From Nemertoderma westbladi (lineage: Eukaryota > Animalia > Xenacoelomorpha): a stretch of DNA of 64,000 nt. Every line of letters begins with the position of its first letter. Position 1 is the first letter of the stretch. Both the position numbers and the translations under genes were made by a program. The stretch is taken from the NCBI GenBank assembly GCA_032718475.1, contig JAUCBJ010002853.1, positions 1-64,000 on the forward strand, given 5' to 3'. The notes under the pieces were generated by a model, which was not told where the DNA came from, ran no database searches, and was given only the letters and a program-made list of their open reading frames with translations. This document shows positions 1 to 12,000 of the stretch, one piece after another.

Positions 1-3000
1 GCATCGCCCCCTTGTGCTTCGTATTTTTCTAAATCAATATAAACGCCCCAGGTTGAGTGCATGTAGCTAGCCGTATCTGTGCCTTGCCCACCGAACAGCG
101 TATCTGCGCCAGCACCGCCGGTTAAATGATTGTCGCCTGCGCCAGCTTCTAGGAAGTCATCGCCTGCGCCACCGTCTAAGGTGTCGTTTTGTTCACTACC
201 GATCAGTTCATCATGCCCATCCTGGCCGTAGAGTGAGATTGGGTGGTCATCTTGAGCGTATAGTTGATCATCCCCTGCGCCGCCATCAATGAAGTCAAGC
301 CCATCAAAGGCATGTATTTCATCGGCATAATATGAGCCAATAATGTGTTTAATGTCTTGAAAGCTGTCATGATGGGCGTCGCCCGCTTGATCAGCGGTAT
401 TATGATGTAGTTGATCATGTTGAAGGTCTTGTTGGGTTTGGATGTGAATTCCTGCTTGAGATTGTGAGTAATTAGCGACGTAATCGTCGTGATAATCCCC
501 TAGGTGCAGCACATGTGCATTCACATACTCAACGAGTTCTTGCGGGTTTAGGATGCTATCCAGTGTGGTGAGTTGATAGTGTTGATAGCGACTGCTCCAG
601 TTGTTAATAAATAGGCGCAGGTCATCGGCTAAGATCTGGAGTACATCGGGGTCGTTTTGGATAAAGTGCAGTTCTTCTAAGCGATATTGGTTTAGTCGTA
701 ATTGATCCTGATCAATCTGTTCATCTATCATGTCTTGAGGTTTTTCTATACCATGGATAATTACATTATCGCCTCGAAAAATTTGATAGGTATCACTGCC
801 CTCGCCACCGACTAAGATGTCGATTCCACCTCGACCGCCATTTAAGATATCGTCGCCCAAGCTACCGGCGAGGTAGTTGCTGTTGGTATCTCCAGTTATG
901 ACATCATTAAAAATGCTGCCCACAACGTTTTCAATGTGTTGGTAGGTATCGCCTTGAGCGTCTGCATGCTGTCCTTGATTGGTTGTAAGATCAACATGAA
1001 CGCCTTGGTTGGATACCCAATCACCGATAAAAACAAGGGTATCGCTGCCGTCTCCACCATCGATATCATCCGCGCCTTGGCCACCGTTTAAAGTGTCGTC
1101 GCCTGCTTGGCCTTGAAGTACATCATCCCCTTCACCCCCTGTGAGTGAGTCGGATGCATACCCGCCGATTAGGGTATCGTCTCCCCCCAAGCCATAGAAG
1201 GTATTGTTATGAGTTAGCTGGCCTTCAATGCGGTTGGCTTGTGTACTGCCATACACCCATCTATCGCTACTGAATTGAGCCTGTTCAAAGAGTTGGTTGT
1301 TAAGATCAAGATCAGGGTGGTCCGATTTTGACAGGTCAATGGATAGAATGGATTTTTCCAGTTCCTCATTGAGGATAAATTGAACGCCGTCTTGAGTTAA
1401 AAAGTAAAAGGCAGAGAGTTGTTCGCGTGCAAGGGAGACTTGGCTGGAGTGATCTCCCGATAGCCCAATAAGCACTCGGTTAGCTTCAATCGCTTGAATC
1501 TCAATGGCCTGATGATCAATATTGTTAAATACAATGTTGTGTAGTGGGCTAGGCGGCGCATCTTCACTGTTTTGTGCTGCATAATTGTTAATGTCGATGG
1601 TATTAAGCCCATCGCCTGGGTTGAGTAGTACAGTGGTATCCATATCATTCAGCAAAATATAGTCATCCCCTTGATTAGGGGTGACGAGTTTGGCTGATTG
1701 TAGGTTTAAAGTATCGTCCTGATCTGAACCATAAACTTGCAGGACAGATAGTTGAGAAAGTTGTGAGGTGGGGCTGGTAGCTGTTTCCCCATTTTTCGCT
1801 ACAAATTGATTCCAGATTTGTTGATCAAAGCTTACCACCTGAGCACTGGGCATGCCTTCATTGAATTTCACAACAAAGCTGACGCCATCGGCCGTCATAA
1901 AGGTGTAACCTTTTAGGTATGGATCGCGATGATCTATCCGCAGACTAGCCACAGTTTCGGCAAGATGAGGCCCGTTATTATAAATTGGGCCATCTTCGGC
2001 AAAGATACCCACAAGCAGTTCAGTACCAGAGAATCTAAAGACTTGAATATCCTTCCATGCAAAATCTTGAAATAATATGACGCTGGCTTCGCCGTCGTTG
2101 CCTGTATCTTCAATGATCGTTATACCATCATTGGCTTGTAGAATATAAGTGTCTTGTCCCGCTTTGCCATCCATGAAGTTGAGACCCCCCCCACCGATGA
2201 GTTGATCGTTGCCGGTGTGACCGATTAGGATGTCATATTTCTGATCGTTGTCGGTTCCAATGATGATGGCGCCTTCTTCAGGTAAGAAATTTGCATCGTA
2301 TGTGGGTGTGTCAAAGTCGTTCTCAGTGTCATTTTCAGGATCATTTGAAAATGACACTGTATCAGTGAGCTGATAAGAAAAGTTCGTTATACTGAGTGCG
2401 CCTTGAGCATCCATTTTAAGTTGATAGTTCACCCTATCTTTTGTTGTGAAAACATAGTCGACGAGTTCGCCTGCCGAAATATCAATGCTTAGGTTTTCAT
2501 CCACGGTCAGTTGAATTCGACGTTCACCCGCTTGGGTATCGTAGGCTTGATGGCTGATTGATTCATAGCTGTGGTTACTAAATTGTAAAGTGCGTTTAGT
2601 TCCGGCTTGTTGTGTGAGCGTAAAATGTCCCTTCGCATCGGCATCAAAGTCAATAATAAGGTCTTTATTTTCAAGTGAGGTGTTTGGAAGAGTCTGGCCA
2701 TGTTGAGCTTGCCAGAGCGAGGCAATGATACGGATATCAAGCATATCAACCGCCCCTGTTTCGGTTTGGCCTAGATGAAATAACACCCCATCTGTGGTCA
2801 GCAAGGGTAGGGTTTTTGCCGCATCTTGGGATAGGTGAATTGTGGTATTAAGGTTGTGATGATCTTTAACAACGTCAGCTTCAAATGTGAATACCTGCTG
2901 GGTTGCCCCCTGGATGTTCCATGTAAAATTGTTTATAGCAATATCATGATCAATATCATTGATGTGAAAGTCCAAACGCAATAGATCAGCATAGGTTTGC

Positions 3001-6000
3001 TCAGTATTCTCGGGGTTATTATTGTGATCATTCACAAATAACACTTCATTGCCCGCTTTAATAACATATTGAGTCCTTGAACCTGCTTGGCGTATCAGTG
3101 CGTCTTGTCCGCCCCCAAAGGTGATATATTGGGTGTTCTCGCCCGCTTTGATTACCTCTGTGCTGGCCGAGCCGTAAATGTTTTCAACCCCGTCAATATA
3201 GACTTGAAATGATTGGCTGGTTTGCGCGTTGTTGAGGTTTAAACGATGTTGGGCAAAATCAAGCTGATCACTGGATAGGGTTTGGATGATATTGCCGCTT
3301 TGTGAGGCATTAATATAGCGAATTCTGCCTTGTTGATCGTCGGCTTGAAAAACAATGCTGTCGTTATTGCTGGTATCTTCTGCAAGATTATTTTCGCCCC
3401 AAAAATGGTAGTTGCCGGCATTGCCTAACTGCAGGGTATCGGCTCCACTTCCACCTTCGATGTGATAGGTGAAGTGTTGATTGACATTGCCGGGGGTAAA
3501 GAAATTATTGTCTTTATCATTGCCGTAGACGGTGTGGGTGACGGGTTCGATTTTTTTAAGTTCCAAATGGTCTCTGACGGTGGGCTCAATTTCTTGTTCA
3601 GTGTATTGTGAGCTAGGCAGTGAGGGGTTGGGGGTGTAGGTTCTAGATTTTTCAATGTAGTAACGCTGTGCGCCTGACAGGATAATGTTATCAATTCGTT
3701 CACTATCTACAATTAATCTTTTATCTTCATAAGTGCCGTCGGAATACTGGTAAACCAGTGTTTCAACCGCGGCTGGATCTTCAAGTGCTGTCAGTCTGTC
3801 CCAATCAACGCCGCTGTCATCTAGGGTATATTCATCTTCTGAGAGTGGATTGGTCATTGTCCATTGGTAAGTAGCTGTATCGCCTCGAAGGTCTAAGGTG
3901 GTGTCGCCTATCATCAAGGGGGCTTGATTCTCTTTTGTGACCGGGATTAAATTGAAGGTGTTGTGTCTACCTTGGTGGTCGTCAATGGTATAGAGTTGAT
4001 GAATCTCAGTGGTTTTTTCCAGTAGTTCGCTATAGTAGGAAAATTCTTTGTTGTATTCAAAACTAGGGTCAAAGAGTTCTACAAAAGTATCCCCAATGCC
4101 TTCAAAAAAGCCTTTGAGGCCTAAATAGAACATTTCCCAGTCGTTGTGGGCATTTTGTTGTTCTTTGATAATGTCCGCGGTGATATTATCAATAAAGAGA
4201 CGTGCGGTGAGTAGCACCATAGCAGCTGCTTCAACAAAAGGCGCGGCCGGCCCGGTAAAGGGGGCGGCCATAAATAAGGCGGTATCGACTGAGTCAATAA
4301 CGGTATCGGCAATATCAAGGTTTTGTTGCCATTGGGGGGCGTTTGCGGCTTGATCCGCTTCAAGGGTTTGAACGTCGCCCGAGATCATTAGCCCACCAAA
4401 TACTGCGGCCATCACCGGGATGCGGGCGGCAATCTCCCCCACTCGGGCGGCGGTTTCTGCTTCCATACCAACCCTTGTTAGCACATGCCCCATCCCTTTG
4501 GCTAAAAAGGTATCTAGGGTTTCAATGGCGGCTTCACTGCCTTGAAGTTCTTTGAACATAATGCCGCCGAAGGCTTTGCCGATTTGATCGGTAATTAGTT
4601 TGTTGGTGCCGATTAAATCGCCCAGTCCATAGGCCGCAAATGCGCCAGAGGAGATGGCCGAGCTGATATCACCGTTGTTGAGTGAATCTAGCATGCCCTT
4701 AAAGCCTCGAAGTGTCATAAAAATACCGGTGGCTTTACCCACATAGCCCGATCCTTGGGCTAGTTTTTGTCTGTTTTCCCCCGGGACTTGGTTTAACCAG
4801 TTGTAGTATTTTTCAATCAAGCCGGGGGCTTTGTAGCCTTGGAAGTGATCTAGTTCGATGACGGTTTGATAAATAGTGCCTGAGGCATCGGGTGTAAATT
4901 CAACGCCTAGGGTGTGGTTGTCTTGGTCATAGATAATGGTGTTAATATCGGCTCTGGTTTGGCCACTGGCGTCACAGGCGGCTTGAATCCCTGTATCAAT
5001 TTGTTCCATGGTTTTTTGAAAGTCATATTGGGCAGCCGCTTGTAAGGTTTGCAGGGGCAGTTTGGGATCGCTTTGTTGTTCATGTTGTTGAAGAGGTTCT
5101 TGGGCAGCGCCAAGGATAGCTTGGTTGGTGCCTAAGAATGCATCCACTTGTGTTGGGGTCATAATCTCGCCGTGTTGGTCAAAGTAGGTGTAGGGGTTGC
5201 CTGCATTGACGGGCATTTCGCTGTGGGTGGGGAAGTCGTGGCTGATGACATCGCCGATTGGGTATTCTATTGGAGTTTCTAGGGGGTTGCCTGCATTGTC
5301 GAGCATTTCGGGGAGTTCGTAGTAGCTGAAGTTGTGGCTGATGACATCGCCGATTGGGTATTCTAGGGGGTTGTCTACAAGCGCATTGATTGCTGTGTGA
5401 GTGGATTCTTTATAATTATCAAGTGTAAAACCGATACATAAATCTCTGGCTTTTTCTCGATTTTTTCTAGCGTTATCATTCTCAACAAATACTGATGGAT
5501 GATCCATCATTAAAAATTGAAAGGCCTCAACCATGTCTTCTAGCTTGTATGTTTTTGTGTTGAAGCCTTCAGAAATAGTGCTGTATATTGCAGGATTACT
5601 TTCATCACTAAATAATTCATAGAATTTTTGGGCAAGTGGGTAAGCGCTCCCATCTACATTTATTGCATCGAAAATTTGTATATCTTCCATCATGCTGCCG
5701 AGTATTTGTTCGTTGAGTATTTGTGGGCCTTGGGATTCGATTTTGATATTCATGATTGTTACTCTGAAATCTCTCACAGTTCGATCAAATCCTAATAGAG
5801 TGGTGTCCTCAAAAGCTTTTAATTGTTGTTCTATATTATCTAAAATCACTAGTGCATTAGTGAATGTACCTGGATAAAAATAGGTTAATAGTTGTGCGCT
5901 ATATGTTATTAGTTGTTCTTTTGTTCCATTAAAATCTTCTAGCTTAGAAGATTCTAAAAAGCCTACTAAGGCGCTTACATTATTTTCTGTTAGGCTTTTA

Positions 6001-9000
6001 TGCAACTTGTCGCTTAATGTAAAATAAAGTTTAGTAGACGCAGTTAAATTATTGGTTGCGTCTACAATAGTTTTTTTCAGCCTAATAGGTTCATGTCCTG
6101 CTTCAGTGTAGTTTCGTGCCATGTTTTGTATACTTTCTTCAACCAATTCAACTGGAGCATGCTGATCTAATAGTTTTTCAAAGTTTTTCTTGGCTAAGAT
6201 GTATGAAAGCACTTTATATTGTTGAATATCTGTACTTCTAAATATATCAATGAGTTGTTGGCGTTTTTCGATAAGCATGGCGTCGAATCTATTGCTTCCA
6301 TTGCTCGGTATGAGCAGTTCTTGAATTAAGAGTAGGTTGTGATTAGGGTTATTTTTTATCCCTTGTAAAAATGCTTGATACTCATTGTCAGTTAAAGCAG
6401 TATTTTTAACTAAGCTGCTAACCATGGGCAAAATACTGATAATGGAATCCACGAATACTCTTTTTGTACTATCCAATTTATCTTGATGCGTTTTGATTTC
6501 TGCTAGCCTAACACTCCAAAGCCATGGTTTGTCTGCTATGATTGGGATGATTGTGCTTTGTTGGTTTGTCAGCATGTCTAATGTAATAGTTAGGTCAGGC
6601 TTGTACTGTTTGACAAAATGCTTTGCAAAAAAACTATCAAATCTTGAACCCAGTATCGATTGATAGGTTTCTAGAATAAATTCTATTTCTGGTGGTTTTT
6701 CAGCGTTAGATTTGTTACCTTCTAAAATATATTCCACAAAGTAACCAGTTTTATAGGCTATATTTTCTATTAATTCATTGCTTGGTGTCGCGTCAGACCG
6801 CAGTTGATGGGTCATTGCGTATAATCCCGCCAATACCCAAGCATTAGAGCCTGGTATACCTTTCATATTGTCAATGAATTGATGCTGAGCAAGGTGCATC
6901 ATCTCATGGGCAATTACTGCACACATTTTTTTTCTAAGCACCCCAGCCGTAGTAAGCCACTGATGTTGATTGAAAATATCGTTTTCTTCTATTGCGGAGG
7001 TACTGATTATCCTGTCTAAATAATTGTCTGTAAAATTAATTTGATAGGAGTTGTGCCGATAAGATGCTAGTGTTTGTGAACTCTCGCCTGTATGACTGTT
7101 ACTATCAAAAGTTACTGTGGGTTTTTGCACACCTAAACGTTCACTCATCCCCTTTATTATTTTGCGTATTTCATCTTCTATCAAAGATTTTAGAGCAGGG
7201 GTACTATCTTCTATACTTGGATGACCTTCTACTCCGTTGGAGACCAACCTCGCATATTGTTCTATAAAATGAACATCAAAACCTTCCAATAGAGGGTCTA
7301 TTACACTAGCCAGATAGGCATTTTTAAATTGCCTTTGCTCAATTGATAAATCTGGATTAAGAGAAATTAGGTCTATAGGTCTTTCAAAAAGCTGATCTAT
7401 TCTAACGTTTTCTATATTGCCAGAAAAATATAATGAGGCTAGAAGCCTTTCATCACTTAATGCATGATTTGATTCGTTCATGCGTGTTTTTAAATCGCTA
7501 AAATTAATAGTAGTATCACCTAAAATATCGTTAATAGAATTGGCAATAATTTGTTCTTCAGCTACCGATACATCATAAGATTCAGGCACCCAATTTAAAT
7601 ATGAATCTTCATTTTTACCATTTGCAAACTGCCTTAAATACTCTACAAAAGGCGAATTTGACAAATCCATGTCCCCAGGCGCGCCCCCTAAACCATAAGT
7701 ATTGCTGTGTATTCTCAAAAGTTTAACTTTTTGTGCAACAGGCATGCTGAAGGTTTCTAAGGCTTTAAGCACTTTGCTGGACTCTGCTTGATTGAGGGTT
7801 GATTGTGTTGCCTCAAAGGCCTGATTAATGGTATGCCAATCGTATTGGCCAATGGCTTGAGTAAATTCATTGGCTTGTTGTTCTGTGTTGTTGCTGATGG
7901 TTTGGCCAAAGGCTTTGATCAGTTGGGTGGCCTTATTGATGAGAGCTTGTTGGGGCGCCTCAATGATTTGATCGATTTGTTGGGTGACAAGCTCTGATAC
8001 TTGGCTTACTTTCAGCGCTTGCAGCGATGCGTTGAGATTTTCTCTTTGATTTTTGTTAAGCGTACCGAGTGGTTGCTGATTAATGATCTCTATGATATCA
8101 AGCATGCTGTATTGTTGTGTTTCCAGCCCTTGTTCAATTTCAGCCTGAATAGCGAGGTTGGGGCCATTTTGAGCCAAGTCTTGAAGCTGGTTGATTAGGG
8201 CTTGATTGGGGCTTAAGCCGGCTTCGGCACCTTGTGGTTCATCAACTTTTACCAGGAGATTTTCGCCTTGCGCTTGCGGTAGATAATTGTACAGATCATG
8301 GTAGGTACGCTGTTGCGGATTGCCCCCCATGTAATTGAGGCGCCCCTGATTGGTATTATTATAAAAGGGTTCAAAATAGTTATTTAATAAGGCATGGGTG
8401 GCCCCGGTGTGAATGATTTTATCGGCATAGAGGGTGTTAATTTCAGGCTGGTTGTTGAAGACATCTGCACTAGCGTGTTGAACCAGTTGTGTGGCGAGTC
8501 CTTGTCGTTGTTTGTTAGGGTCACTGACCAATGTGATTAAGTTAACGTTATTGTTTATTAGTTTCAGGCTAATGAGTAGGCCTGAGAGTTGATTGTTTTG
8601 ATATTGCAGGTAGAGGTGCATGTCTTTTCCTAACGGTAATGATGAGGATAGTCCGTAACGCTCATCTTCGCGTTGTTCCTTGTGAATACGTACCCATTGT
8701 TGGTAGGTATTTACAATTGCATCAAAGTTGGCATTTGGTATATGGCTGATCAAATATTGGTTGAGTTGTTCTGTATTGATTTGATTGATGTTATTTAAAT
8801 ACTGATTGATATCAACACTGATATAGTTGATGCCATCTGTCAGGGGAGCATTCGTGATATGTTGTTTGCCCGCTTCGGTGAGGATCAAGACAGGCTCGGT
8901 GATAGCAAGCGAGCTTTGTTCTAGGGCACGTTGATTGGCGCGGATAAATCGTTCGGACTCATCAAAGCCTAAGGTTTTGGCCAGTTCGGGCTTGTGGTCG

Positions 9001-12000
9001 AATAGGTAGTGCTTCCAGTCTTTAGGGAGGGTGTTGATGGTTTGTTTTAATTGAGGGTATTCGCTAACTTCAATTTCAGTGTCAGTTTTGTTGATCTGAG
9101 TCTCTAGGTAATGAAAGAATATTTTACTTGATAAAGGCAGCGATGGCTGAGCAAGAAGTTCTAGCAGTTCAGTGGTATTAAATATAGCATTGAGTGCGTC
9201 TAAACGGATTGTGATACTTGCATCAATATCTGGATCAGGCATTAATTTTGATTCCAGATGCAAAACGGCTAGGTGTTCAATGGTATGAGCTGAGCGTTCA
9301 GATAATTTGCTTGCATAAGGTAATTGGGGATTTTCAAGGCTTTCTTTCAGTAGTAAAACCGTGATGTAGTCCGCTGAGTTGATAGAAATTTCACCCCTAT
9401 TAAATCGGTCAAGGAGTTGGTATTGATGGGCATGGATCAGTTCATGGGTGATTTTTCCAACCATGTCATAAATATCCTCTATTTTAGTTAAATCAATGGC
9501 TATTTGATTCTTCTGATGATGGTAACTGGCTACCCCAAATTCACCCAGCTCGTTTTGTATGGGTTGTCCCACAATGTTTAATCGCGGGATTTTGTTAATC
9601 TTTAAAGCTAAAGCGATTTTTTCAATGATTTTGGCGATATAGCTATGGTATTGTTGGGGGTTTATAAATGTCTGATATTTAAGCGCTGCTTGTCCGTCTT
9701 GGACGAATTGTAAAAAGTTGGTTTGATTAAACAGGTTTTGAACGGTTTCAAGTAGATTGTGGTTATATTGGGTGAGTTGATAATCTAGTGCTAAAGGGAC
9801 CAGCAGGTCTTTTTTAAACGCATCTATTGTGGCTTGTCTTTTATTTTCAGGGATGAAATTAAAAAGATCGGGGTTGGCGTTTAGTAATTCAAGCACGGCT
9901 GTACTAATTTGGGCGGAGGTGCTATCTGGCATCGCGTTTTCTTGCAGTAGTTCAACAGTCCGTTGATACAGGGTTTGGGTTGAATTAAAATCAGGGTTAT
10001 TGAGATTGTTGATGATAGATGAAAGACCAGGGCCTTGATTGATGCTTTCCCAGAGTATGTGGATATTTTTTTGAAGTAGATTTGTTATTCGTTGGTACTC
10101 GGCAGATAGTACTGATGATTGTGCAATGGTTCGAGTTTGTGAATACGTTAATAATTTCGCCGTCGATTGGGTCAATAAGCGAACGGCTGAGGGTATTTTT
10201 GAGAGTATGGTGGGGAGGGCCAAGTTTTCCATCATTTGTACTAAATCATCTGGATGTATATCCGCCTGTTTTAAACTATCAAAATTCTCAACAGCAAAAG
10301 GAGCTAACCCCTCCAGATTATCTTTGATGTTGTCTGAAAGGCTTTCACGCAAGTCGCTGATTTCTTCATCGCTGATGTCTTCATCGCTGTATTCTTCATA
10401 CACCAAACACGCCGTGAGTACAGCGCGGTAAAAGCTAGTGTGTCGTGGATAATCGGGGAAGGTTTCGACTGCCCCCTCGATGCTTACGCCCCAGCGGGAA
10501 TTGTTTGTATCCGGGTTAATCAGCACCAGTTCAATAATTTGTTCGTTGCTGTCAGGGTTGTGGATGGAGTGATAAATTTGTTCGCCTTGACTGTTAACTT
10601 GTATTTGACCGTCTTTTTGAAAGAGGATGTTAATGGGGTAGTCGAAGTCTTCCACCTTCACCAACAGTTGGGGCAGCATAAGAGCAAGCTGGTTATCCCA
10701 CTGATTGTGGGTGGTTATTTTTGTAGCAAGTTGGTATAGGCGGAGTTTAGCGACATCTTCTATGGAGATTTCAGCTAGGGAGATTTCAGCTAGGGAGATT
10801 TCAGCAAGGTTAAACGGGGGTTCTACTTGATTGATAAGTCTTTGAACCTCCTCAACCAGGGGATCGAACGGTTCAAAAAGAGTAACTGGGGTGGCCAGGT
10901 TTTTTTTCAGAGCATCAACCAAATCTTTAAATTGTAATTGTAGGAGTGCAATTTTATAGTAGTTATCCCTTACCCAGCTATCATTTTCTGGTTCCGCGAT
11001 TGTGTTTAGGGTTTGTTTAAGTTGCGCTAGTTTCTTGTTTTGCTCCAGATTGACGTTGTTTTCCCCTGAGCTATACGCTTCTATCGCACCAATCAAGGTT
11101 TGCAGTTGAATGTGGGCTGTCAACAGGTTTTGGGTATTGGCATTCTCTATGAAGTCGATGACGTTAAATAGGGCGGTTTTGAATTCTGGGGAGTCGAGAT
11201 TATCAGCGATGCTCATGCCCGGGTTACGTCGAACCGCTTCGATAAAAGGGGCAAGTTTTCGGTATTCATCTACAAAGTTTTCAAGGGTTTGATCAGAATT
11301 AGTGAAGATATCGGTTAAATGCTGGGTGGCTGTGTCCAGCAGATGTTTGGTTTGCCCATCGTTTACATATAAGTAACGGTTGGTTTCAGGTGATATACTG
11401 ATAATAGCGGGGATGAGGTGTTGTTGTTTTTCTTTATTCCAGGTAGAAAAATGTTCCTCAAAAGTTAATGGAGGTTCTAGAGTAAGCATAAAAAAATTTT
11501 CCTGCCAAAATGCATCAAATTCAAAAGGCACAATAGATCGAACAAGCGCTTTAAAGTGTTTAAGTATATCCTCAGTGATTGGCAGGTCGAGGTATTTGGG
11601 TGGTTCCAAATCTATAATAACTTCTCTAATTTTAATTGCCTGTAGGTATTGAAAATCTGTGGGATCAGTGTGCCTCATCAGTATGTTACACAAATATTCT
11701 TTGCTTTTTTCGGACAGTGGAGCAGCTATTCGCCGGAAGGTTTCGATCAGCCTAAAAAAGTTGGCTCGATGGAAGATAGTGGTTAGTGGTGCGCTGAAGT
11801 TGTCGTTCTCAAATGCACTGCCTAGCTGTTTGGTGATCTGGTAATCTATCGCGTGTGCACTATTAAAAATACGGAACCCAACTGCTGTTTGTAAATTGTA
11901 GGCCAGTAATTCGTCTATGCTTTGGTAATAGAATGCTCCATTAGGAAGAGACTGTTCAATTGCCTGCAAATGTTTAACGAAAATAATTGCCAAATTGCCT

